DNA of 64,000 bases from Rubripirellula sp. (GTDB lineage: Bacteria; Planctomycetota; Planctomycetia; Pirellulales; Pirellulaceae): NCBI GenBank assembly GCA_965216875.1, contig OZ244207.1:5152001-5216000 (forward strand), given 5' to 3'. Shown piece after piece: positions 8,319 through 18,323 of the stretch. The first letter of the stretch is position 1. Each line of letters starts with the position of its first letter. The position numbers and the translations under genes are program-made. The notes beneath the pieces were generated by a model. It saw only the letters and a program-made list of their open reading frames with translations. It was not told the origin of the DNA and did no database searches.

Positions 8319-10751
8319 ATGGGCCTAACATCCGCATTGACCACCGCCCTGACTGGGTTGAGTGCTGCCGAAACGCAAATTGACGTCATCGGTAACAATC
8401 TGGCCAACTCTCAAACGGTCGGTTTCAAGTCGTCGGACGTCATTTTTGGCACGCAGTTTCTGCAGACCCTCTCGCTTGGTGCCGGTCCAACCGACAACAA
8501 CGGCGGTAACAACCCCCGCCAGATTGGTCTTGGTGTCCAGGTTGCTGAAATCGCGGCCAACCATAACCAAGGCACGATCGAGATCAGCAGTAGTGCGTCG
8601 GACCTCGCGATCCAGGGGGACGGTTTCTTCATTGTTGAAGGTGCCGACTCAGAACGTCTTTACACGCGAAACGGCATTTTCAAGCTCAACAGTAACGCCG
8701 AGCTGGTCAATGCGACCGGACAACGATTGCTCGGTTACGGCGTTGACGATCAATTCCGTTTGCAAGAATCGACCCTCGTTCCACTGCGTGTTCCACTCGG
8801 AACCGAGAGTGTCGCAAAGGCAACCGAAAATGTGACCTTCGAAGGCACGCTCACGCCCGAGGGTGATGTCGCAACCGTTTCGCAGGTGATCGAGTCGATT
8901 CGTCTAGGTGACGGACAAATTCCTCGCCCCGATGCGGCGGGTGTCAACATCGGCATCGCGCCCCTTTCAGACACCAATACAATCACGCTCGACAATTCGG
9001 GCGTTGGCACGCTGCCGGGCGGAACCTTCCAATACCGTGTTGCGCTGGTCGACTCGGCCGGAAACGAGTCGACACCAAGTAACGCAATGTCGATCGACTC
9101 GGTCAGCGGGCGAATCGACTTGAACAACCTTCCATCGGATCCGTCGGGCGATTTCCCAACGGTCAACGTCTATCGTACCGGCCCGAATGGTTCCGACTTC
9201 TTCTTCCTTGGCACTTCAGCCGCGGGTGGCACCTTCGTCGATGATGGATCAACGCCGCTGTCTGGCATTCCGCTTGACGACGAAGTCCTGACCGGCAACT
9301 ACACCTACATGGTGACTTATCACCGCAGTGGCGAAGTCGAAAGCCGGCCAAGTGTTTTGATCGGCCCCCAAAATGTTGCCAACGGCCGCATCACGCTTTC
9401 CAACTTCCCGGCACCACCGGTGCCCGGTCCGGGCGACAGTTTCCCGCCCTACGACGAAGTTCGAATCTATCGAAACCTATCCAATGACCAAAACAACTTC
9501 TATTTGGTCGACACCGTACCTCCTGGATCGGTCTACACCGATTCCAAGAGCGACGCCGAAATCGCCGACTTGACCGACGTCAACAACAAGTTGATCGACC
9601 TCGACGGCCCAACGATCAACAGTAGCACGCTGTTGACCGATGTCCTTCGCCGCGACGGCAACGTTTATCAGAACGCATTCGAAATCGGCACGCTCAGCTA
9701 CACCGGCCGTAAGGGCGGTCGAGCGCTGGGCGAAAAGGACTTTCAGATTACGGCCACGACCACCGTCCAAGACTTTATTGACTTCATCGAATCGGCATCG
9801 GGTGTGCAAGCCTTGCAGCTTGACTCACAAAATCCGATCCTCGCGTCGGAAAACAACATCGAAGGTGAATCGGGGATCCTCGTTCCCGGTGGCTACATCG
9901 AAGACGGAGCGATTCGATTCGTCAGTAACACCGGCGAATTGAACGCACTCGAAATCGACCTTTCGGCGTTCCGGATCGAAACGGACATTGGTGCTGTTTC
10001 AACTCCTAACTTGGGTTTCGGAGTCGTCCAGGAAGGGCAGGGACAAAGTGCCGCCAGTGACTTCATCGTTTACGATTCGCTGGGTGTGCCGATCAACGTT
10101 CGCGTTACCGCCACGCTTGAAAGCCGAACTGACGAAGAAACCGTCTATCGCTGGTACGCAGACAGCCCCGACAACCAACCCCTTACCGGCGTTGACGTTG
10201 CTGTCGGAACGGGTCTGCTGCGATTCGACGGCAACGGTAACTTTATCACCGCGACCAACGATAGCATCGCGATCAATCGAACCGGTGTTCCAAGTGTGTC
10301 GCCGTTGCAATTCGATCTCGACTTCAGCTTGGTCTCTGGATTGGCGACTCAAGAAGCCAATTTGGCCGCAACGCGACAAGACGGTAGTGAACCGGGTGTT
10401 TTGAATAGTTTTGTGGTTGGTGAAAACGGCACCATCCGTGGTGTGTTCAGCAACGGTGTGACCCGTGACCTCGGTGCACTGCAATTGGCTCGCTTTGCCA
10501 ACCCGGTTGGTCTGGAAGCACGCGGATTGAACCTGTTCGCCAAAGGCATCAACACCGGCCTGCCGGTTCAAGGTGCACCGGGCGAAAACGGCATCGGAAG
10601 TATCATCGGTGGTGCCTTGGAACTGAGTAATACCGACATCGGCCGAGACCTTGTCGAACTGGTCCTCGCCAGCACCCAGTACCGCGGAAACAGCCGTGTG
10701 ATCACGACCAGCCAACAGTTGCTTGACGAGCTTCTGAACCTGCGTCGATAA
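8319..10751 (+). CDS. flgE: Flagellar hook protein FlgE (810 aa, with internal insertions)
   Basis: IGNNLANSQTVGFK, DLAIQGDGFF, YTRNG and the C-terminal GALELSNTDI...LLNLRR motifs. Confidence 0.93.
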   Translation: MGLTSALTTALTGLSAAETQIDVIGNNLANSQTVGFKSSDVIFGTQFLQTLSLGAGPTDNNGGNNPRQIGLGVQVAEIAANHNQGTIEISSSASDLAIQGDGFFIVEGADSERLYTRNGIFKLNSNAELVNATGQRLLGYGVDDQFRLQESTLVPLRVPLGTESVAKATENVTFEGTLTPEGDVATVSQVIESIRLGDGQIPRPDAAGVNIGIAPLSDTNTITLDNSGVGTLPGGTFQYRVALVDSAGNESTPSNAMSIDSVSGRIDLNNLPSDPSGDFPTVNVYRTGPNGSDFFFLGTSAAGGTFVDDGSTPLSGIPLDDEVLTGNYTYMVTYHRSGEVESRPSVLIGPQNVANGRITLSNFPAPPVPGPGDSFPPYDEVRIYRNLSNDQNNFYLVDTVPPGSVYTDSKSDAEIADLTDVNNKLIDLDGPTINSSTLLTDVLRRDGNVYQNAFEIGTLSYTGRKGGRALGEKDFQITATTTVQDFIDFIESASGVQALQLDSQNPILASENNIEGESGILVPGGYIEDGAIRFVSNTGELNALEIDLSAFRIETDIGAVSTPNLGFGVVQEGQGQSAASDFIVYDSLGVPINVRVTATLESRTDEETVYRWYADSPDNQPLTGVDVAVGTGLLRFDGNGNFITATNDSIAINRTGVPSVSPLQFDLDFSLVSGLATQEANLAATRQDGSEPGVLNSFVVGENGTIRGVFSNGVTRDLGALQLARFANPVGLEARGLNLFAKGINTGLPVQGAPGENGIGSIIGGALELSNTDIGRDLVELVLASTQYRGNSRVITTSQQLLDELLNLRR

Positions 10752-10950
10752 CGCGGTTGATGAGCTTGTCCTCTCGGCCGAGCTCGATCGCAAGGTGAGC
10801 TCCGACCCGACCCATGCTGTCTCTTTTTCGCCGACAAGGCTAAAACTTTGTCGGCGATTGCTTTTGATGCTCCCTGGACGAGTCGTCAAAGCTCCGTTTT
10901 TCATGCCCTGTTTCGTTGGTTCCAGCGTTACTCCATCCCCCATCCGACCA

Positions 10951-12459
10951 ATGGCCAAAGCACCCAAGACCGCGATTAGCCCGACCCGCAACGAAGATTA
11001 TCCCGAATGGTACCAGCAGGTGATTCGGTCATCGGACCTGGCCGAGAACTCGCCGGTTCGCGGTTGCATGGTGATCAAGCCTTGGGGCTACCGACTTTGG
11101 GAAAACATGCAACGCGCACTGGACGACATGTTCAAAGCGACCGGGCACCAAAACGCATACTTCCCTTTGTTCATTCCAATGAGCTTCCTCGAAAAGGAAG
11201 CCGAACACGTCGAAGGGTTTGCCAAGGAGTGCGCCGTTGTCACTCACCATCGACTCGAGCCGGATCCCGAGGGTGGCCTTCGTCCCGCCGGTAAATTGGA
11301 AGAACCACTCATCGTTCGTCCGACCAGCGAAACCATCATCGGTGCAACCTACGCCAAGTGGGTGCAAAGCCATCGTGACTTGCCAATCTTGATCAACCAA
11401 TGGGCAAACGTTGTCCGTTGGGAAATGCGCACGCGCATGTTCCTTCGCACGGCCGAGTTCCTCTGGCAGGAAGGGCATACGGTTCACGCAACCGAAAAAG
11501 AAGCGGTCGAAGAAACCGAGCAAATGATCGACGTCTACGCCGACTTTGCCGAGAACTGGATGGCGATGCCTGTGATCATCGGCAGCAAGACGCCTGCCGA
11601 ACGATTCCCCGGCGCTGTCGAGACCCTTTCAATCGAAGCGATGATGCAAGATCGCAAAGCGTTGCAAGCTGGCACCAGCCACTTCCTCGGCCAGAACTTC
11701 TCACGTGCTCAAGAAATTGTCTTCCAAGCCGAAAGCGGCGAACGCGAATACGCGTGGACAACAAGTTGGGGCGTCTCCACGCGTTTGGTGGGCGCTCTGA
11801 TCATGAGCCACAGCGACGACGATGGGTTGATCATTCCGCCACGACTCGCGCCCGCTCACATCGTGATCCTGCCGATCTATCGGGACGATGAAAGCCGTGG
11901 CAAAGTGATGGAGTATGTCGATTCACTTCGGGCGGAACTCGCAGCACAGCAATACGCGGGCGCACCTGTTCGCGTTGAAATCGACGACCGTGACATCCGT
12001 GGTGGCGAAAAGAAATGGCATCACGTCAAACGGGGCGTCCCAATCCGATTGGAAGTCGGGCCCAAAGACATTGACAAGAACTCCGTCTTCATGGGACGCC
12101 GTGACCAACCCAAGAGCGTCGGCATTGGGCGCGATGAATTGGTCGGCTCGATTGGCAAGATTCTCGAAGAGATGCAAACGGGGCTGTTCGATCGCGCCGT
12201 CGCGCTTCGTCAAGAGAACAGCAAAGAGATTACCACCGAGGCGGATTTCCGCGATTTCTTTTCGGCCGAGAATGAAAACGAGATTCACGGCGGTTTCGCC
12301 CACTGCCACTTCGCAAGCGAAGACGAATTGGAACCGCTGTTGAAGGAACTCAAGGTGACCATTCGCTGCGTCCCACGCGACAACAACGACGAACCTGGCA
12401 CATGCTTCTTCAGCGGGAAACCGGCCGAAAAGAAAGCGATCTTCGCCAAAGCCTATTAG
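10951..12459 (+). CDS. proS: Proline--tRNA ligase, archaeal/eukaryotic type
   Basis: EWYQQVI, RPTSE, QWANVVRWE, FLWQEGHT, QAGTSHFLGQNF and SWGVSTR motifs; C-terminal FAKAY; no INS editing domain. Confidence 0.96.
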   Translation: MAKAPKTAISPTRNEDYPEWYQQVIRSSDLAENSPVRGCMVIKPWGYRLWENMQRALDDMFKATGHQNAYFPLFIPMSFLEKEAEHVEGFAKECAVVTHHRLEPDPEGGLRPAGKLEEPLIVRPTSETIIGATYAKWVQSHRDLPILINQWANVVRWEMRTRMFLRTAEFLWQEGHTVHATEKEAVEETEQMIDVYADFAENWMAMPVIIGSKTPAERFPGAVETLSIEAMMQDRKALQAGTSHFLGQNFSRAQEIVFQAESGEREYAWTTSWGVSTRLVGALIMSHSDDDGLIIPPRLAPAHIVILPIYRDDESRGKVMEYVDSLRAELAAQQYAGAPVRVEIDDRDIRGGEKKWHHVKRGVPIRLEVGPKDIDKNSVFMGRRDQPKSVGIGRDELVGSIGKILEEMQTGLFDRAVALRQENSKEITTEADFRDFFSAENENEIHGGFAHCHFASEDELEPLLKELKVTIRCVPRDNNDEPGTCFFSGKPAEKKAIFAKAY

Positions 12460-12468
12460 GCCTGATTC

Positions 12469-12535
12469 GTAGGGTGTGTGCTCGCACGCACCCACTCCGT
12501 AAACGCTCTGTGGTGCGTGCAAGCACACACGCCAC
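12469..12535. repeat. REP doublet (GTAGGGTG family) just downstream of proS
   Basis: GTAGGGTGTGTGCTCGCACGCACC (12469-12492) and an inverted arm GGTGCGTGCAAGCACACACGCCAC (12512-12535). Confidence 0.75.
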
Positions 12536-12711
12536 ATTGGATTTTGAGCCAGTTCGTCCTGCCGGCTTTGGCCGGAATCTTCGCGTCCTTCCGCGAATTG
12601 GCAGGACTATTAGCGGATACTGGTGATGCTCTGCGTGCCAGCACAACGTCCCAACATTGGCTAGACTGGTTCCGGTGCCGCGATTCAACCTCCGCACACA
12701 GGAACCTCCCT

Positions 12712-13623
12712 ATGCTCCGAAAACCATTGGGTCATTTTCCGTTGCTGGCTCTCTTCGCGCTGGCACCAACGCTCGCTCTTGCAGACGACGACCAATCCAA
12801 GGCGGACGCCCTTCGAGAACAAATTGACGCTTCGAACACAAAGATCGAAGCGGCGATGACAGAGTTTCGCGACATCGTCTGCAAACGGGCGCTCAACTTT
12901 GGCGACGAACTCCAAGATCGAGCAATCGACATCGCACAGGACTCTAAGTTTGTTGACGTACGCTTCGATGATGTGATTCGCAAGAACCTCAAGAGTGCAT
13001 CCAAGCCAAACAACTGGAACACTGAGAGAATCGAAACCACACTGCATCTGATCCCACTCAGCACGCTTGGGGCACAAGAACAAGTCGAACTCGCGTTCAA
13101 GTGTTACCTTCAATGCGACGGCAAATCCTCTCAAGACCGCAGTGTCGTCCGATCCCTGGTCTCGTTGCTTGGTAAGACGCCCGACGAAACCAGTCGTGTT
13201 CTCCACAAGCATCTACAAGAAGCTCCCCTGACCAGCGAATTGCTTTCCCTGTGCGTCATCGCGGGTGAAGCCACCGAAGAGATTTTACCGATCGTGGTTG
13301 CTGCAGCAGAATCGAGTGATGCCGATGTGGCCGAGGCAGCCATGCGCACGGCCCCCGACATGATCACGCTCCTGCGCCGGAAACAAAGACAACTTCAAAG
13401 CGAAGCTTCTGCGTTGGCCGAGGGAGTTTCCGAAATCGATTCCAAAATGGTTTCTTATGCCAAACGGATCATTTCGCGGTACGACAAGAACGATGACTCA
13501 GTGCTAACGCCCAATGAGTATGGTTCGATGCTGATCTCGCCCGTTACTGCCGACACGGACGGCAATGGCAAGATCACGGTACGCGAGTACGCGGTCTACA
13601 TGGAAAAACGCAGCAGGCGTTAG
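12712..13623 (+). CDS. Secreted protein with a helical region and a C-terminal EF-hand pair
   Basis: Signal peptide ending LALFALAPTLALA. EF loops DKNDDSVLTPNE and DTDGNGKITVRE. Confidence 0.75.
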   Translation: MLRKPLGHFPLLALFALAPTLALADDDQSKADALREQIDASNTKIEAAMTEFRDIVCKRALNFGDELQDRAIDIAQDSKFVDVRFDDVIRKNLKSASKPNNWNTERIETTLHLIPLSTLGAQEQVELAFKCYLQCDGKSSQDRSVVRSLVSLLGKTPDETSRVLHKHLQEAPLTSELLSLCVIAGEATEEILPIVVAAAESSDADVAEAAMRTAPDMITLLRRKQRQLQSEASALAEGVSEIDSKMVSYAKRIISRYDKNDDSVLTPNEYGSMLISPVTADTDGNGKITVREYAVYMEKRSRR

Positions 13624-13645
13624 GGGATGCCCGATATGCGTCTTC

Positions 13646-13875
13646 GTAGCTACGCTCGCCAGAGCGTGGTGAAAGCGGAGACCGGCCCAACGATGGAAAC
13701 CGCCTTCTGGCGAAGGTAGCTACATTCTCGTGAGCCGAACGCGCTAGCGTCGGGCCTCTGCACAACGTAGCTACGCTCGCCAGAGCGTGGGGCAGACACT
13801 GTAAATCGATCGTTCGTAGTACCAAGCTTTAGCCGGAATCTTCAGCCTTTTCCGCCTAAAGGCGGGACTACGAAC
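13646..13875. repeat. Mosaic REP cluster (BIME-like)
   Basis: GTAGCTAC doublet 13646-13723, GTGAGCCGAACGCGCTAGCGTCGGGCC 13730-13756, single GTAGCTAC arm 13767-13790 and GTAGTACC doublet 13812-13875. Confidence 0.85.
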
Positions 13876-14134
13876 AGTGCTCAACGCCGGGCTCAAGTCT
13901 TGATGGGCGGAGCGTCCGCCGAATGCCCAATCCTGCGTTCGCGATCGGTTGTGACGGTTGTGTGGGCTGGCGGCCCTTTTCAGATCGCTTCGGTGTGTTG
14001 GTTCGTTTCGAGCCACGGGATTTGTGAACTAGGTTTTTGATGCCGACCAGACTTGGTCAGGCGTTCGCCGCGTCGAAACGACGCGTTGCAACCTCCTCGT
14101 CTCACTCCCGAATTCACAGCACCGGGCACCTTCC

Positions 14135-14887
14135 ATGACACGACCACTGCAAGCTTCGGTCTTCTTCGCACTGGCCATCACCTCTGCCTGTCTTGCCACC
14201 TCTGGCTGCGGCAAGGTCGCCAAAGTCGTTGCCAAGGGAGCCATCGAACAAGTGGCCAGCGACGTCGCCGATGGCGGACTTTCGGAACAAGACATTCGTC
14301 AGATGTTCGAGCAGGTGAATGCCGCGTGCCCACGCCAAACAGATCAATACACGACCCTTGAAAGTGTCAAAATGATCGACGATCGGCGTGTCGAGTATCG
14401 TTACAAGGTGACCCGAGAGGGGAAGAATATCCTGCGCCGGATCGACAAAGAAGTGTTGCGCAAAGCAGCAGTTGATCACACAAAAGGCAATGCGATGGCG
14501 GTTGCGATCGCGGAACGCGACCTTACCGTCGAACACGTCTACGAAGACGCCTTTGGTTCGCACGTGTTGTCGTACACCATCAACAAGCAGGTCCTCGCAG
14601 GAAACTACTACCCGCTTGGGGAAGAGAAGGGGAATCCATTCGCAACCTCTACGGTCAAGGCTGATCCTAGCCAACAGGTCGTTGTCAAAACCGAGACCGC
14701 GCCGAGCACCGGCGAAACGCAACCAAGCGAGCAAGAAACTCCAACTGCACCCGAACAAACAATCCCCGAAACGGTAACGGAACCAGAACCGAAGGTCGAA
14801 AAACCCTCGCTGCCAACTCAGTATCGCTCCCAGCAACGTTCCACCGTCAATCCAGCCGGCGTTCAGTCCAATCCGTTCTTCGATTGA
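14135..14887 (+). CDS. Putative lipoprotein, unknown function
   Basis: Lipobox-like LATSGC after a hydrophobic leader; Pro/Thr/Glu-rich C-terminal tail. Confidence 0.7.
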   Translation: MTRPLQASVFFALAITSACLATSGCGKVAKVVAKGAIEQVASDVADGGLSEQDIRQMFEQVNAACPRQTDQYTTLESVKMIDDRRVEYRYKVTREGKNILRRIDKEVLRKAAVDHTKGNAMAVAIAERDLTVEHVYEDAFGSHVLSYTINKQVLAGNYYPLGEEKGNPFATSTVKADPSQQVVVKTETAPSTGETQPSEQETPTAPEQTIPETVTEPEPKVEKPSLPTQYRSQQRSTVNPAGVQSNPFFD

Positions 14888-14900
14888 TCCGATTTTTCTG

Positions 14901-15035
14901 GTGAGCCGAACGCACCCTGCGCATCGTAGCTACGCTCGCCAGAGCGTGGTGAAAGCGGAGACCGGCCAAACGATGGAAACCACCTTCTGGTGAAGGTAGC
15001 TACATCTCGTGAGCCGAACGCGCTAGCGTCGGGCC
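14901..15035. repeat. Mosaic REP cluster, near-copy of 13646-13756
   Basis: 14926-15035 matches 13646-13756 almost base for base, including the spacer. A partial GTGAGCCGAACGC arm starts at 14901. Confidence 0.85.
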
Positions 15036-15083
15036 TTACACTCTTCTGGACTTCACGCGCAAGCACGTCATGCGGAGCATGAC

Positions 15084-16793
15084 CTACGCAATGATGTCTC
15101 GTCGGTTTTGGACGTAATCCCAAACCACAAAACGGTCGAGGTCGCGGCCGCTGGTAAAGAAGACGCGGCCTTGCGTCGTCTCAGCCAATCGATGCGCAAA
15201 GCGGATGTCTTCTTCGCTTTGAGACCAACTAGGGATCAGAAAGATATTGATCGTGATTCCTTCCTTCTTACAGAGCGCACCCTCGCGCATCGTGGCCGCT
15301 TCGGTTCGCGGATGCGGAGGATAGAGCATGTACAGCGTCTCCTCCTCGAAGTGTGCTGTTGGTAATCCATCGGTGATCAACACGATTTGCCGATTCGGCG
15401 TGTCACAGTTGGCCAAATTCTGACGAGCGATTTGGAGCGAGTGTTGAATGTTGGTGAAGTGCGGTGGCAACATCGACTCGCCAATGTCAGGGTCGCTCAA
15501 GTCCGCTGCCAGTTGGACAACCGGGTCATGGATTGTCACCGGCTTGGGCATCAACTTGATGATCTCGCCGGGCGAACGCATTTTGCCAAAGGTGTACATC
15601 TCGATGAATTTCAAAAAGTCACCGGGATACTCGGACTGAATCAGTCCTTGCAGCGCAAGTGCCATCCGTTTGACGTTCACATATTGACCGTCGTACCGCA
15701 TCGACCCACTCATATCCATCACGACGGCCGTTGCACATTTGGGATGGTTACGCGTCTTGTGGACCTCGATATCATCGCTGCGCAAACGCAGCGGACGTTG
15801 GTCGCCCTGCCGCAGCAGCGCATTGATCACCGTTTGCGGCAAGTCGATGTGAGCCACGCTGTCACCAAACTCATAAGGCTTGGTCTGCTGTAGCTCGACG
15901 GCGCCTTCGCCCACAACGTCACCTTGATGTCGACCGCTTCGCGACGGCGCAAGCTGGCTGAAGATTCGTTCAAGCAACCGACCTTGGAAGATCTTGTAGG
16001 CTTTGGGAGTCAGACGAAATCCGCCGTCGCGATCCGACTCCAAACCTTGTCGCTCGGCTTGCTCGCGAAGCATGTTTTCAATCTGCCGGCGCATCTCCTC
16101 GAGCTGTTCCATGTCACCGGCATCCGCAAATTCGCTCAGCATCTCCATATCGATGATGCCGATCTGAGCGTTTTCTGCCGCCTCTTCCAGCTGCTTGAGC
16201 AACTCGTCGATCTTCTCGAGCTCCTCCTTCACCTCAAGTGCCTTGGCAACACTCATCGATTCGTTGCCAGTGAACTCATACTTACTCGCAAGCTCTTCGA
16301 TGTTGTGCTTGTCAGCCATCCGTTGGCCGACCTGCAATAAGCCACGAGCGAGTTGCCCCGAATCATCGCCGGCACGGTACCAAAGATGCTCGATCAAATA
16401 GGGCTGTTCTTGATTGACCGCGCGTCGGAACGGTTTCTCCATGTCACGCGGCACGCTCAGATTTTTTGCCGCATTGTGAAAAGCCTTGCGAGCCCGCTTT
16501 TGAACAGTACGAGCTTCGTAGGTTGCTAAGATCTTGCGTTTGCGTTCCTCGAGCATGGCGCGGAGCATGTCGAGACTCGGACCAAGACCAGCGATCTGTT
16601 TCGGGTCCAAACGTATCGCGCGAGCCAACCCCTCTTCGGTAAGCTCCTGGTAGTCGCCATACATCAACGCCTGCTCAAACGCCGGCGACACCAAATCGGG
16701 CGGTGGCTGCGTTGGAGGCGGAAATTGAGCCGGATCGTACTTTTGGTAGGCGTGAATGACGCCGCCCGGCCTATACTTTTTCTCAGGCTTCAT
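15084..16793 (-). CDS. vWA domain-containing protein, partner of the adjacent AAA+ ATPase
   Basis: MIDAS motif DMSGSM...FTNIQ...LITDG; PYEFGD..HIDL motif; coiled-coil N-terminal half. Confidence 0.88.
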   Translation of the reverse strand: MKPEKKYRPGGVIHAYQKYDPAQFPPPTQPPPDLVSPAFEQALMYGDYQELTEEGLARAIRLDPKQIAGLGPSLDMLRAMLEERKRKILATYEARTVQKRARKAFHNAAKNLSVPRDMEKPFRRAVNQEQPYLIEHLWYRAGDDSGQLARGLLQVGQRMADKHNIEELASKYEFTGNESMSVAKALEVKEELEKIDELLKQLEEAAENAQIGIIDMEMLSEFADAGDMEQLEEMRRQIENMLREQAERQGLESDRDGGFRLTPKAYKIFQGRLLERIFSQLAPSRSGRHQGDVVGEGAVELQQTKPYEFGDSVAHIDLPQTVINALLRQGDQRPLRLRSDDIEVHKTRNHPKCATAVVMDMSGSMRYDGQYVNVKRMALALQGLIQSEYPGDFLKFIEMYTFGKMRSPGEIIKLMPKPVTIHDPVVQLAADLSDPDIGESMLPPHFTNIQHSLQIARQNLANCDTPNRQIVLITDGLPTAHFEEETLYMLYPPHPRTEAATMREGALCKKEGITINIFLIPSWSQSEEDIRFAHRLAETTQGRVFFTSGRDLDRFVVWDYVQNRRDIIA

Positions 16794-16799
16794 CGAACG

Positions 16800-18224
16800 C
16801 TACAACTCGTATTCCATCTTGCCATAACGTTGTGAACGACTGATTCGATCCATGCTGTAGAGACCTGCAAGAACGAACTCGACGCAACTCGCACGGACCG
16901 CTTCGTTTTCACTCGCATTGACTTCGAACGCGAGATCCCAAGCGGGCGGCACGCTCTTGAGTCGCTCGGCGTAGTCACTGCTGGGAAGCAGATCGCCGAC
17001 TTCGATGCGGACGCCACTACGAAAGATCTCTGCGATCTCCGCCAGCCCGTGTTGCTCAACATACTCGGCAAAGACCACCTGAATCGCCTCGGCGACCACT
17101 GCATCAAGCACTTGCCGTTCACTCATCTGATGAGTGCCCATCAAGTCAAGCTCGAGTTTACCGAGCGAGCTCGCGTACAGGTGTCCTAAGTCGCTGATCC
17201 GCGGCACGGCTGGTTTTTCGCCATGAACCACACCACGTTGCCTGGCCGATGCGATGACCGTTCGAAAGTTGGCTAGTGACAGGCGTGCCGACACACCCGA
17301 ATCTTGATCGATGTATTTGCTTTGACGTGCTTGGTTGGTGATCTCCTCGACCACTTGGTACATGAAATAGGGGACTTGCACCGGATATTCCCCGTTGCAC
17401 TCCTCGGCAACTTCTTGCTTGAGGATCTCGATGCCCTGGTCACGTTCGCGCGGATAATGCGTTTGGACGATCGTTCCGATGCGATCCTTCAACTGCGGAA
17501 TGACTTTTCCACTTCGGTTGTAGGTCGACGGGTTGGCCGAGAAGAGGATGAAGATGTCGAGATCAAATTGGATGGGATAGCCGCGGATTTGAACATCGCG
17601 TTCTTCCAAGATGTTGAACAACCCAACTTGAACCAAGTCGTCCAACTCAGGCAATTCGTTCATCGCGAAAATGCCTCGATGCATTCGCGGAATCAGACCA
17701 AACGACAACGCCTCTTCGGCACTCATGCTGACGCCGCCAGTCAATTTTGCCGGGTCAATTTCTCCGATGATGTCCGCAAACTTGGTTCCGGGACTAAGCC
17801 TCTCGGCGTAACGCTGATCGCGATGCCACCAAGCAATCTTGATGTCTTCGGGTTCGTGCTCGGCGACCAATCGTTTGCCGAGCGACGTTATAGGCTGGCT
17901 TGGATCTTCGTGAATCGGAAGGTCGGGATGATCGATGTACGGAATGTACTCGTCCAAAAATCGCGTCAACATCCGCATGATGCGGCTCTTCGCTTGCCCC
18001 TTTTCGCCGAGGAACAGCATGTCGTGTCCGGCGAGGAGAGCCAAGTTGATTTCGGGAATCACGGTGTCGTCGTAACCAACGATTCCAGGGAAGAGCTCTT
18101 CGCCTGCCGCCAACATTCGAGTGAAATTGTCGCGAATCTCTTGCTTGACAGTTTTGGAGACCCAACCGCTGCGATTCAATTCAGCCAAAGTGGCCGGTAA
18201 TGGCGTTGCCGTGATGGCATTCAT
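16800..18224 (-). CDS. AAA+ ATPase, Mg-chelatase-like family (Rv0958-type)
   Basis: Walker A-like [15 protein letters not shown], Walker B-like [14 protein letters not shown] and KDR motifs. 6 bp from the vWA gene. Confidence 0.88.
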   Translation of the reverse strand: MNAITATPLPATLAELNRSGWVSKTVKQEIRDNFTRMLAAGEELFPGIVGYDDTVIPEINLALLAGHDMLFLGEKGQAKSRIMRMLTRFLDEYIPYIDHPDLPIHEDPSQPITSLGKRLVAEHEPEDIKIAWWHRDQRYAERLSPGTKFADIIGEIDPAKLTGGVSMSAEEALSFGLIPRMHRGIFAMNELPELDDLVQVGLFNILEERDVQIRGYPIQFDLDIFILFSANPSTYNRSGKVIPQLKDRIGTIVQTHYPRERDQGIEILKQEVAEECNGEYPVQVPYFMYQVVEEITNQARQSKYIDQDSGVSARLSLANFRTVIASARQRGVVHGEKPAVPRISDLGHLYASSLGKLELDLMGTHQMSERQVLDAVVAEAIQVVFAEYVEQHGLAEIAEIFRSGVRIEVGDLLPSSDYAERLKSVPPAWDLAFEVNASENEAVRASCVEFVLAGLYSMDRISRSQRYGKMEYEL

Positions 18225-18323
18225 ACAAAGACGATCCAGATACCTAATGGAAGTTGTAACTGGGTCTATTGTAGAGGCACGGCCAGAGGGTGGAAGCTTT
18301 GCTGCGAGTGAGTCAGCCAACAA

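Noticed and set aside
10951..12459. Archaeal/eukaryotic-type ProRS as a novelty
   Set aside because: This type is well known in many bacteria.
12478..12711. 5' extensions given by the ORF track (also 10795, 28585, 59453, 63881 and others)
   Set aside because: They run through REP elements or neighbouring genes; downstream ATGs give proper signal peptides or conserved N-termini.
16800..18224. True magnesium chelatase (BchI/ChlI)
   Set aside because: There are no tetrapyrrole or photosynthesis genes nearby; motifs and the vWA partner fit the generic Rv0958/Rv0959-like pair.
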